DNA of 64,000 nt from Blastocystis sp. Blastoise. Taxonomy: Eukaryota > Protista > Bigyra: Opalinata. Made by a program: the position numbers and the translations under genes. Shown here one piece after another: positions 1 to 13,500 of this stretch (within the stretch, counting starts at the first letter, position 1; each line of letters opens with the position of its first letter). Under the pieces are notes generated by a model that saw only the letters and a list, made by a program, of their open reading frames with translations, had not been told where the DNA came from and ran no database searches. The stretch lies in NCBI GenBank assembly GCA_039096225.1, contig JBBPEB010000014.1:868001-932000 (forward strand), read 5' to 3'.

Positions 1-660
1 GAAGAAAGAAGAAAAGAAGAAATCTTCATTCCCTCCTGATCCAGATTTCTCTTCTTCTGCTCCTGTATTTAATACTAAAAAAGAAGAGAAGAAGAAAGAA
101 GAACCTAAAAAATATCCATCCATGCCTGATCCTATATTTTCTACTCCTCCTCCTGTATCTAATGCTAAGAAAGAAGAACCTAAAAAAGAAGAAAAAAAGA
201 AATCTTCATTCCCTCCTGATCCTGTATTCTCAGTTCCTGCTCCTGTATTTAATTCTAAGAAAGAAGAACCTAAGAAATCTTCATTCCCACCTGATCCTAT
301 ATTTTCAGTTCCTGCTCCTGTATTTAATACTAAGAAAGAAGAACCTAAAAAAGAAGAACCTAAGAAAGAACCTAAGAAATCTTCATTCCCACCTGATCCT
401 ATTTTTTCTACTCCTCCTCCTGTATTTAATACTAAGAAAGAAGAAAAAAAGAAATCTTCATTCCCACCTGATCCTGTATTTTCTACTCCTCCTCCTGTAT
501 TTAATACTAAGAAAGAAGAACCTAAGAAAGAAGAACCTAAGAAAGAACCTAAGAAATCTTCATTCCCTCCTGATCCAGTATTCTCAGCTCCTCCTCCTGT
601 ATTTAATAATAAAAAGGAAGAACCTAAAAAAGAAGAACCTAAGAAATCTTCATTCCCAAT
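1..660 (+). repeat. Coding tandem repeat, about 25-33 aa unit KKEEPKKSSFPPDP(V/I)FS(T/V)PPPVFNT
   Basis: At least 7 near-identical copies of aagaaatcttcattcccNcctgatcc are visible. Confidence 0.9.
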
Positions 661-948
661 GTCTTCATCTTCATTATTTGGTTTCCAATCATCATCATCA
701 AATACTACTTCTACTAATGTACCTACCTCTTCAAATCCTTCTGTTTCTCAATTCTCTTTTACAAATAATAATAATAATAGTGGTGCATTTGCTTTTAGTA
801 ATAAAAAACCTGTGACATTTGCTTCTTTTGGAAATCAAGAATCAAAGAATTCATCCACAACTGAGATCAGTGAACCTTCTTCTACTCCTTTAGAACAGCC
901 AAAAGATCAAACAATAATTAATAATAATATTAGCACTTCTAGTACTTC

Positions 949-992
<44 letters not shown>

Positions 993-2126
993 ATAATAAT
1001 AATAATAATAATAATATAGCTTCTACTCCATTTGCTCAATCTTCATTATTCCAATTCAGTTCTACTGCCAATACAACTAAACCTAATAATATAAGTAATA
1101 ATAATCCTACTCCTGTTAATAATACTAATAATAATAATGGTTTCGGTAATAATAATAATAATACTAATGGTTTTGGTAATAATAATAATAATACTACTAA
1201 TGGTTTTGGTAATAATACTAATGCTTTCGGTAATACTACTACTACTAATGCTTTTGGTAATACTACTACTACTAATGCTTTCGGTAATACTAATACTACA
1301 ACTTCATCCTCTCCATTTACTCCTAAAACTGGATTCTTATCATCAGCTTCTCAATCTGTATCTTTTAGCAGTTTAGCCAATAATAATAATAATAATAATA
1401 ATAATCAAGGTGGATTCTTTAGTAATTCTAATCTTCTTAATTCAAATAATTCTGCTAATAGTGCTATTCAAACACTTTCAACAAGTGGATTTGGAAATAT
1501 CGCCTCAACTGCTATGAAAACAGCTGGCACTGGATTTGGTACTTCTACTGGATTTGGTAATTCAACTGGATTTGGTAATTCAACTGGATTTGGTAATTCT
1601 AATACTGGTTTCGGTACTTCAACTGGTTTTGGTAATTCTAATACTGGTTTTGGTAATTCTAATACTGGTTTTGGTTCTTCTAATACTGGATTTGGTAATT
1701 CAACTGGATTTGGTAATTCAACTGGTTTCGGTACTTCTAATACTGGTTTTGGTAATTCAACTGGTTTCGGTACTTCTAATACTGGTTTTGGTGCTTCACA
1801 ACCTCAGCAAACAGGATCAAATGTTTTGAGACTTAAGAGTCCTCAACAAGTATATAATAATATATATATATTTTTTATAAACTACTATTAATATATATAT
1901 ATATCACTTCTATTATATAAATTATTATTATTATTATATATAGTATCAAGCTTTTACTAATATGATTACAGGTTTCTATCAACAATATAATCCAAGTAAA
2001 GTAGCTACTCTTTCAAATGTATTCCAAAAATATAAAGATAGAGAATTTGATTTAGTTCTTCAATTAGAAAAGAAATACAATGCTAACGGTGCCTTAATTG
2101 AACAATATAAACATATTCTTATATAG
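1..2126 (+). CDS. FG-repeat nucleoporin (Nup214/Nup159-like), 5'-partial; one intron 1850-1943
   Basis: The frame is open from the window start and contains NAFG/STGFG/NTGFG repeats. A GT-AG intron at 1850-1943 joins it to a C-terminal exon (YQAFTNMITGFYQQYNPSKVATLSNVFQKYKDREFDLVLQLEKKY...) ending at TAG 2124-2126. Confidence 0.75.
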
Positions 2127-2582
2127 TTTTCATATTTGTTATTTTTTTTTTCTTTATTTTATTCTTATTGTTTTTTTTGTGTTCTCAATTGCTTTTAAAT
2201 ATTGTGCATATATGTCTTCGAATTTGTTGATTAGTATTTTGTTTCAAATTTTTCCTACCTATTCATGTACTTTCAAAAACAGACGTTTTTGACTTTGAAT
2301 TCAACGTGAATTAGCATAGAGTTAATTTTCTATCACAATTAAAATAAAACTGAAATGATAATTAATTGTAACTCGAACACATTCTTCTTATGAGTTGTTA
2401 CTTTAAATAGATTAATATGATAAACATATAGTTGAAAAAAATTTCGATAAAAACACACACAGATAATATGAATCTGTACTATAAAAATGAAAAATAGTTT
2501 TAGCATTTAATTTTTTATAGACAAATGAAAATCTCAAGACTTTGATGTTGTTGTTAAAGTTTTTGATTGCTTTTCAAAAAGA

Positions 2583-5500
2583 ATGCAAAGAAGAACCATT
2601 TATTTCAATAGTAGCCTTCCTGCTGATGGTGCGTTCAATACATCTAAGCCTATTATAAGTGATTATCGTGGTGATTATACTGATCTCTATGACAAAGACA
2701 AATCAGATCGAATTAAATATAAGGGAAATAAAGTGGATATCATTTTCAAGCATAATGTAGCTAAATACAATGGCATATCTCTTCTTATTGTTTGTGTTGT
2801 GTATGTAATTATCATTATTCTCTTATTCTAATATGAAATTTAGTTTAGGATTAGTGTTCTTATTTGGCTATACAAACGGTGATTCTTTTATAGCAACAAG
2901 AAACATGGATTCTCAAGTCCATTTTTCAGAAGCTTCTGCTATTGCTTATTTAAAGAAGTTTGCTATAGATATCGGTAGTCGTGAGAGTGGTAAGTAATTG
3001 AGTTTTATTTTCATATGAATAATGATTTTATTTTTTGTGAATAATGATTTTTTTTTGTAGGAACTCAAAATTTAGGTCATTATACTCCAGATTATATTTT
3101 TCAACAGTTACAATTATTTAAAGAAGCTGCTACTACAAATGAATGGAAATATAAATATGAAGTATCCTTTTATTTCATTTATATTTTATATGAAATTTTG
3201 TATCAATTAATTTGTATTTATAACAATTTATTTTTTTTATAATCACTATTTTTTTTTATGATTTCTATATATAAATATTTATGTATATATATATAGAAAC
3301 AAACCGTGAGTGGTTCCTATCCTACTATATATAGAAATCATCCTATTAATTCTATATATCAGAATTTAACGAATATTATTGTTACTCTTTCAAATGAACA
3401 ACTTGATCAATCAGGTATATATATATATATATATATATATATTAGTTAAATTAATATTAAGTTATATTCTTATGTTAATTATTTCATATTAAAGTAAATT
3501 ATATATATTATATTATAGATATCTATTCTATTCTATAGAAGCTTCTAATATTCTTATTACTGTTCCTATTGATACTTCTATATCATCTCCTGGTGCTCAA
3601 GAAAGTGCTATCTCTGTCGCTGTATATATATATATATATATAGAATAATATTTTAAAGAAATATATACTCATTTAATTATTTTATAATCTCTATAATTAT
3701 TTCATATATATATATATATTCTAGAGTGTTTTAGAGATTATTCGTGTGCTAAGTCAAACATCATCATCTCTCTATTCAAATAAACTCACTGTTATATTCT
3801 GTAGCGCATCAAAACCAGCTGGACAAGTATGTTATATATATATATATATATTTACATTCTTTTCTAATATTAATACTAATCATATAATATATCTAGTGTA
3901 TTCATGGCTTATTAAATTCCAGTCAAACTCCGAATTTCTCTCTAATTTTATCGTTAGATACTGATTCGGGAGAAGGATTGTCACTTTTTGAAGAGAATTC
4001 GAAAGCATTCTATTTAGGAAAACTATTCAAACAGTATGTATTGCTTACTTCTTTTTTTTTTAAATATTTATACATATTATATTCCTTTTTGTATTTTATT
4101 TATATATATAAGAATAATAAACATTTTTTTCGTTCGTTAATTTGATGATTCTATTTATTATTATTATTATTTATATAGAGTTTCAAATCCCCACGGAAAT
4201 ACGTTTATTTCTCGTTTTGATTCAAAACTTAGAAAATCATCCACTTCGTTTTCTTCTATTTATTTATCTTCTAAATACAGTTCCCTTGGTATTCCTTTGT
4301 ATATATTTATATAATATTTATTTTATATTTATTATATATATATATATATTATATTTATTAACTATTTTTAGTGTATCTCTCATGATTGGAGTAAATCATT
4401 TTATTTCGGGAACACAATTAGATGTACCAAAGCATATACCTGCTGGATATATACAAAATATAGGAGATAATTTATATACTTATATATGCTTATTATTAAA
4501 AGATATAAATATAAAATCATTAAAGTCTTCATCAATCAATTCTTTTTTCTTTATGGATTTATTTGGAAAATATATGGTATATATATATATATATATATAT
4601 GTTTCTTATATAGTAGTATACTATATATATATAATATCTTATATAGATTACTATTTCTTATCCTTCATTGACATTATTTGCAGTTATATATATTATATTC
4701 TTTTATTTGAATCAAAATAAACTTCAAGTAGGGTCAATTAATGCAGGTATTATTGCTTATTTCCCCGCGATTATTGCATATTTCCTTGGATGTTTAATTG
4801 TTATGTGTTTCATGAGTCTTCTTCATATACCCATGTTCTGGTATATATATATATATGTTTATTTTATTTTATTTTATTTTATTTTATTTTATTTTAAATT
4901 ATTATTATTATTATTATCATTTATATATATATAGGTATATTCATCCAATATTTTCACTTATAATCTATTCTTTTACTGGATATTTATTGTATTTATTCAT
5001 GTATAACTTTTTTGGGAAAACACAAATGTATATATATATATTTATTATTATATTTTTAATCTCTTAGTATTCAAACTTTGTCCCCTCGAAAATTACTTTG
5101 GTTCGAAACTTATTTCTCTTCTATATGTCTTGCTATTTGTTCATTCTTTTATTCTTCATATTCTATTCTTTTCCTTCTTCTTACTATTAATCCATTAATT
5201 ACATTATTTATAATGTATTTATATGAGCGTTTCTATATTCAAAGATCAAACCAAACTGTTATTCAAGCACCTTTCTATTTATATATTGCTATTAACATGA
5301 TTCCAGTCGTTCTCTTTATTGCCTATGTATATATTTTTTATTTTATTTACTTATATATATTATCATTTATTTATTGTATTATTTTATATTCTATAGTAAT
5401 ACTCATTATAATAAATATATCATTAATACTTATATATAGTTAGTGCATCAATGCTTATCCTATCTCGTTCCATATGCAGCTACATTAGGTATAGTATTAT

Positions 5501-6412
5501 ATTATATATATATATATTATTATTATTATTAACCATATTATTATTATTATTATTTTATTATATATATATATTATATATATTTTATATTATATATATATTA
5601 TATATATAGGTAATGTGTCATCATTTACTTCTCAAATTGTTATTCTTGTTCCGATTGCAATTTTTGTATTTATATATATAAATTATTACATATATATATA
5701 TAATTTTGATAATAATAATATATTATATATAGGGATTAATGTTAGTCATATCTCTTCATCCTTTTCTGCCTTTATTTAAATCAACTACTCTCGTTTCTGT
5801 TATATTTTCTCTTCTTATTCTTGCGTCTATACTTGTCTCCTTCTTTACAAGTCCTTATGGACCATCAGTCCCGCGGAAATTAATGCTTATTCATGAAACT
5901 ACTTATGCAGATAGTATGATTGAAAAGAATCAAAGAGAACGTTATAAAGTCAAAGAAAATAATATCAAGATATATGCTTATGATAATAATCGATTTAATA
6001 AAATAAGAAAATCACTTAATGTATATATATTATTTGTTTTTTAAATATAATTTTATAATTATTGTATATAAATACAAATATTAATTATTAAACAAGTTTT
6101 TATTATTATTATATATATATAGATTGCTGATACTTCTGTTTCTGTACTGTCGGATCGATCATTGGCTGAAGACCCTCTCGTGTGGGGGTTACAAGGAATA
6201 CAAATCAAACAAGATATTAATAATATTGTTCCATCTCTAATCGATGAAGCACCTTATATTTATGTATATATATATATATTATAAGTATATTAATTATATA
6301 TTTATATATATATATATAGATACATAGAGATCAGTTATGTAATAAATGTAAACTTAAACAAGGAAAGAAACATGTGATGTATATATATATATATATATAT
6401 ATTATAAGTATA

Positions 6413-6443
<31 letters not shown>

Positions 6444-7013
6444 GATGGTCTCGTCGATCTGATATAGAATTGAAAACAGTGTATAATACAATCACATTTG
6501 TTAATTTTACTTCTCCTAATATTGTTGCTTGGAGTTTAGGTGAAGAAGTTCCTCAAAGAATGTGTTCCAGTTCAAATCATGCGATTTGTCCTTATATGAT
6601 GATGTTTACAGGTATATAATAATTAACATATTAATAATAATAATAAACATATTAATAATAATAATAAACCTATTAATAATAATAAACCTATTAATAATAA
6701 TAAACCTATTAATAATAATAAACCTATTAATAATAATAATAATAATAATAAATATATAGGAAGTCCTCGTTCTAAAGTTCTTCGTTTTACATTATATTTC
6801 TCTGAAAATATAGATATGAATATAAATATGATTATTCATTTATCTCCTCAATTATTAAAAGACCGAGAAATTGTTGAGAATTATGAATTACAATATATAA
6901 ATAGTCATTTACCGATTTCTATGGCTACAAACATGATTTATAGTATTCACAAACGAATATTATTACCTGAAATCTATGACTCACGTGCATTCTCACAATT
7001 CGAATCTTTTTAA
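2583..7013 (+). CDS. ERMP1-like M28 family multi-pass membrane protein, probably catalytically inactive (multi-exon)
   Basis: The spliced peptides HFSEASAIAYLKKFAIDIGSRESG, YQNLTNIIVTL, ILITVPIDTSISSPGAQESAISVASVLEIIRVLS, IQNIGDNL, FFMDLFG and PRKLMLIHET follow the ERMP1 motif order. Several TM segments follow the M28 domain. Confidence 0.75.
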
Positions 7014-7365
7014 AAGATTATCTTAATTTATATATATAAATATATATTCCTTTATTAGTATTTTTAATATTATTTTTTTTTATGTATTTTACAATTATTA
7101 TATCTAGTCCAAAATCATTATTTACTTATTATAATTATTTTTCATACTTATAATTTTATTTTTTTATGATATGTATAGAATATTCCATAATATTCCTTAT
7201 TATTACACTTATGGTTCTATTTATTATTTTTTTTTTATATCGTGTTTTGTTAACATATATCTTTTTATTAGATTAATATATAGGTTCACATCAAGTTCAT
7301 ATATACAACAACAACAAAACATAATAAATAGGTAAAATAAAATAGATTAAAATTTATAAAGTTAT

Positions 7366-8413
7366 TTAAGAAGAGAAATAATGATTTGCTGCAGATTTTA
7401 ATTCATCTATTTCATTTAATTTAAATCCACAAAAAATAATTCTATTTACATGTTCGCAAATAATATCTTCAACTGTTTTTGATTCAGTTACTTGGTCTTT
7501 ATATATTAATTTCAATGTATCAAATACAGTAGATATAGCTATTTCACAAGCCTATATAATAATTTATAATATATTTATTTATTTATTTTATAAATATAAT
7601 AATGATAAAAAAAATATATAATAATGATAATATATTTATTTATTTATTTTATAAATATAATAATGATAATAAAAAATATAATAATGATAATATATTTATT
7701 TATTTATTTGATAAATATAATAATGATAATAAAAAATATAATAATGATAATATATATATATAAAATAAATATAATACATATAGTAAATAGAATACATATA
7801 ATATAATATACTATATATAATATACTTCATGTAATGGATAGTTATAAACACCGGTAGATATACATGGAAATGCTATAGAAGAGAGATGATTTTGGGTCAT
7901 TAAAAGAATAGAATTCTTATAACAATTAGCAAGTAATTGTTTCTGTGCATTTGTTGGCTTCAAACAATAAGGTAAACTATACATGTAGAATATATATACA
8001 TATTTATTTATTTATCAGAAAAATAATAATAATATACATATATATCAGACAAATAATTTATATATATATACCATGGACCTACAGTATGAATGACGAAATT
8101 TGCATTTAAATTGTAACCTAAAGTGATTTTTGCTTCTCCCGTTTCACATCCATTAAGTGTTTTACATTCTTCTAACAGTAAAGGACCAGCAGCTAAATGA
8201 ATAGCTCCATCAACGCCACCTCCACCTAATAAAGTTTTATTTGCAGCATTCACTATTGCGTCACTATCTATATCTACTACACTACCTGAATATATCGACA
8301 AAACCTTTCCTAAACCAGATTTCATGAAGGGTTCAATGGAAGCGACCTATATAGTAAACATTTGATAGATTATTCAAACGTAATATTCACTTTACATGAA
8401 CAATTGGAGACAT
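7366..8413 (-). CDS. Macrodomain protein (MacroD / O-acetyl-ADP-ribose deacetylase type), 4 exons
   Basis: Motifs [34 protein letters not shown] and [18 protein letters not shown] at 8413, TAA at 7368-7366. Confidence 0.9.
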
Positions 8414-8602
8414 AAAGATAACTTTGTTTTCAAATTATAGCAAAACACCAAGAATACTTAAAAAGTCTTGTTTTTCTCTCAGAAGGTATACATTTCTTTT
8501 CCCTTTTTCCACAAAAAACCAGCAAATTGATTTGTTTCTTGGCAAACAATGAAACCATAAAATCACAAATTGTAACTTTTTCTTCATTTTTCAACTAACA
8601 AT

Positions 8603-9511
8603 ATGAATATTTTCGTTATATTTATATGTCTTATATTGATTACTAAGGCTGACTATTGTGGTGAATATGGAACTGTATGCACTAAACAAAGTGATTCTTT
8701 TTATATTAAAAAGTCAGTTATGATTGCTACGGATCCCAATAATCAGATTTATTCGACAAATTCTACGATAACAGTTTTCTCTGATAGTTCATGTCATGAT
8801 AAAATCTATAGCCTAATAAAGAATGAGAATTCGTTTTTTAATCGAAACAACCCAGATAATAGCCGTATTTTTTAATATTTAGTTATATTTTATTCTTTTA
8901 TAGATATTGAGATTTATTCTTTAATATTAGAATCTTCCTTTTTAACTGTTTATAATAATTCTACGTTTTTCTCTACTGGTCTTTCTTGCAATATTGATCT
9001 TAATAACGATAAACTATATAATATCTTGTATATATATATATATAGTTTATTATATATTCTATATATATATAGTTTAGTATCTTGCTATTTAGGAGCTGTT
9101 GATATTTTTGAAGGAACTAAATTATCAATCAACTCAAAAGAAATTGTATCCTATATTTTTGATGAAAATACTCATTGTATATATACATATATATACTGTA
9201 TTTATTCTATAATTATAATATAAATATTCATAGTATTAATAATTATATATAGTAGATGTGATGATAAATAATGATTTTTATTCTCTTTATGGAAATGAAA
9301 GTATTCTATATTATATGTTATATATATATGATTTATTTCTTTATTATTATATATGATTTAGTAATATTCTTTATTATTGTATATGATTTAGTAACATTCT
9401 ATATAATTATATTTGATTTGGTTATATCCTATATAATACTATACTATACTTAGTATACTATTAACTACTATTATATAACATGTTCAAATCACCCTAGTCA
9501 TTATAATACAA

Positions 9512-9551
<40 letters not shown>

Positions 9552-9694
9552 TATATATATACTATATAGATAACGTTATAATTATAATTATTGAGATACT
9601 ATGTGTTGCCTTATTAACAATTCCTGTTTATATATGCATTCGACGAGAATGTAGAAAACCAAAATTTTCAAGAGATGATGTTATTTTTAATTAG
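8603..9694 (+). CDS. Unknown small type-I membrane protein (signal peptide, Cys-containing ectodomain, C-terminal TM)
   Basis: Signal peptide MNIFVIFICLILITKA, several GT-AG introns, and a final exon VIIIIIEILCVALLTIPVYICIRR (TM plus basic stop-transfer). Confidence 0.55.
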
Positions 9695-10271
9695 TATATG
9701 AGTTTAATAGCATTTATTTTTATTTCTAAAATATATATATATATATAATTATTTTAGTAAAGAGTTTTATATTTTTGTTATTTGTTTTTTTTCTTATTGT
9801 TGTTTCTATTAATATTTATGTTATTTATTGTATTCATTTGTATTATATCGTTTTATTATATTCATAATTATTATTATAATCATTCATTTACAGATTTTAA
9901 TATTAATTCATTTACTAATTTGAAATATATATAATAACTATAAACAAACAAAAAAAAGTAGTTTTACTATTTTAAATACAACTTATAAGAAAATGAGAAA
10001 AATATAATATACTTTTATAAATAAAGAATACATACATGTAATAAACACATAAAAAATAAATTTGAGGAAATAAGCAATATTAAAAGTATAAAGAAATATA
10101 TATAATACAATAAGATTTAAGAATAGGCAACTAATTTTAATTAAATAAAATCTTATAAGTAAATATATTTATAAAATTAATATTGAAAAATACAAAGAAT
10201 TACAATTAATAAATATAAAGTAATATTGTGAATAAAATAAAATAGTATATATAATATAATATAATATAGGT

Positions 10272-11212
10272 TTAATTAAAGGCTTCAAGAGCAAGATTAG
10301 CATAGAACTTGACATCTATATCATTATTATCCACAAGGGTATGAAGACGAGGAAGAATCTATAGTTATTTAGTTATTTATATAGTTATTTAGTTATTTAT
10401 ATAGTTATTTATATGGTTGTATATAGTTATATATATAGTTATTTATATGGTTGTATATAGTTATATATATAGTTATTTATATGGTTGTATATAGTTATAT
10501 ATATAGTAATACATAGTTATGTATATAGTAATAAATGCTTATATAATTATATTTATAGTTATATAAATACTTCAGTTCTAGCTTGAGTTTCTGGAATAAG
10601 TTGATGAATATCAATAAATATTTTACAAGTAATAAACTTTACATTAGGTGTGGGATCATCAAGAGCAAGAAGGAAATGGTTCATCAGTTCATTTTGGAAA
10701 TTAACTTCAGTAGCATGTCTATATATATCGCTATAGGCATAAAGAATATTACTTTTCACCAAATATGTATGATGAGATTCATATATAGAACAAAGAAGAG
10801 GATATATCTATAGAAGATAATATATTAATAAATATAATTTAATATATTAATACGTATAATTTAATTTATTAATACGTATAATTTAATTTATTAATAAGTA
10901 TAATTTAATTTATTAATAAGTATAATTTAATTTATTAATAAGTATAATTTAATATATATATATATATATTAGTTTGTACCCATGTTACTCCAAGTGTTTC
11001 AAGCATATCATGAAGAGTAGTTCTACCGGCAACACGAACAGCATTCACATTATCTGTGAAGGAACGAATATAAATAGATAATATATTCTTAACAAAAGCT
11101 TCTTTTCCATAATGTTGAACAAGATCGCTCATGTGAAGAATGATTTGCTCACGTATCTATATTATATATATATTAATAATGAATAATATTTAATAATAAT
11201 AATAATAATAAT

Positions 11213-11258
<46 letters not shown>

Positions 11259-11567
11259 TCTCCATGCATTATCATCACTTTCAATAATAGGTTGAATAAA
11301 GGTCATTAATTGAGGTACAGATAAAATCTTATTAATATTCTGTACTAAGATTAAACGAACAGAAGGTGTAGCATCTTCAGATATAGATTGAAATATATCT
11401 TTAATTTGATTAATAACAGTATCATTATTTTCTGATTCTTTAACAATATTCATCATACTTTCAGCTAATCCTTCTCGAACAGGTGTATATGCATCTTGAG
11501 AGAGAGGACGGAGGAAAGGTAAGATATCCGAGATAAACTGAGCATTGGGAGTATGAGTATAAAAACT

Positions 11568-11601
<34 letters not shown>

Positions 11602-12972
11602 TGTTTAATAAGTATAATAATATAGAATAAGATATATATATATATATATATATATATACACTGCAACTTGTTTAGCTGCTTGAGTCTTGACTTCATTTTC
11701 ATGATCTTTTAATAATTGAGTATAAGGAGTAAGTATATATTTAACAATTTCAGCAGGTTCACATTGACATACAATAGGACCGGATTCCTCAGCAGCCTTA
11801 CTACGTAACTATATATATATATACAATATAATATAATATAATAAATATATAAGAAAAAGAAGAATACAATAAAGTATATATATATATATACTTTCCATGA
11901 TTTATTAACAAGACAGTTTTTGAAAACGGATAAGATGTTTTCTCTCTTTGTAGGATCTCTAGTGATTTTTAATAATAAAGAACAAGCAGATAAAGAAATC
12001 ATACAAATAACATCCTAATATATATACATATATAAATAATAAAATAAACTAAAATAAAATAAACTAAAATAAAATAAATAAAATAAAATAAAATAATAAA
12101 AAGCTTACATTATCATCATCATAGAAAGCGATATATAATTCAATCATTTGATCAATATAATCAACACCAAAAGCTTCAATAGCATCAGTAAATACATAAG
12201 CACCCGCACGACGCGTCATTGGAACATCATCATGACAAACACTAAAGAATATTTCACGTAACATTTGTTTCTTTTCATCACAATCAGGTGATTGAATTGA
12301 TGATATTGATTTATAACAAGGAATAATTAACTGAGCAACAGAAACACGAGAAGTAAACCATTCATTATCAGCTAAAGATTTTACTAAAGGAAGAACTGTT
12401 TCTAATACTGCTTCTGGAGAAAGTTCTTTTATTACTAAAATAAAAGATTCACATGCCTATATATATATTTATAGAAAGTCTATTTTAAATATTAACAAAA
12501 AATATATATATATGCTTTCAAAAAGTTCATAAAAAAATATATATAGATTATTGACAAAAAAAAATATCTACACATAATATAAATAAAAAAATATATATAT
12601 ATTTTGAATATTCAATAAATAGTGTACCTTATCTCTAACAGCAACTTCTTCAACTTGACATAAAGATTTTAATAAAGGAGTAACTACTTTGATTTCATCT
12701 CCTTGGAAAACGGATGAAAATTTAGGGAGTTCACTAGCAAGATTAGATAATGCTTCATCATCATTTTCAACAGTCCAATCTTGAAGAGCAGGTAAGAGAG
12801 TGTTGATTGTTTCATCCTTTCCCATAGTAGCTGCAGCTAAATGAAGTTGTTTAACAGCAGCAATTTTAACTTCAATTTCATCATCAACTAATAATGACTT
12901 AAGACTTTCATAAGTTACAGAACCTGGATAAATGAGTCGTCATTTTGATAAATAAGAAAAGTACTTACTCAT
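10272..12972 (-). CDS. PPP2R1: Protein phosphatase 2A scaffold (A/65-kDa) subunit, HEAT repeats (multi-exon)
   Basis: Motifs LKSLCQVEEVAVRDK, WFTSRVSVAQL, CHDDVPMTRRAGA, NKSWKVRK, DDNAWR, DNVNAVR, DDPTPNVKF and DVKFYANLAL. Confidence 0.9.
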
Positions 12973-13500
12973 TGTAAAAAATATGTTTCAAAGCAATAAA
13001 AATAGTCTTTTATATGAGAAGAAGTCTTTTTATTTATAAAAGAATATGCAACGGATGTATCTTTAAAAAAGTAGGCAGATTGTTGAAATTACCATGAAAA
13101 AGCGGATAGATTGTTTGGCAAATCAAAAGAGAGATTTTTTTAATAAAAAAGAATACAAAAATCATGGAAAGCATAATACTATCGCAGCTTAGAAGCGGAT
13201 TGAATCACGGTTATTTTGTATTTTTGTCGACCACTTTATACAAGAAGAAGTCAGTTTATTTAACAAAAAAAGAATATTTGTTTTATTGCTCCAACCTATA
13301 TTAAAATAAGAAACTAATACAAGAAATATGTGTAAAAAGATAAGAATGTGTGTTTCAAATAAAAAACGTATTTTAAAAATAAAAGAAGAACAACTCGCTA
13401 GTCAATGAAAAGAAAAAAGCATAAAACGGTAGATATATCATCTATTTATATAAGAATCGATTAATTTGGAGATCATGAATGATAATGAGAAACTCATTTA

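Noticed and set aside
1-660. Repeat-spacer-like periodicity resembling a CRISPR array
   Set aside because: It is an in-frame protein repeat in a eukaryotic gene, with no unique spacers and no cas genes.
10361-10520. Intronic minisatellite (ATATAGTTAT-type), also seen at about 37030-37210
   Set aside because: Simple slippage-derived low-complexity repeats typical of introns throughout the window, with no evidence of a discrete element.
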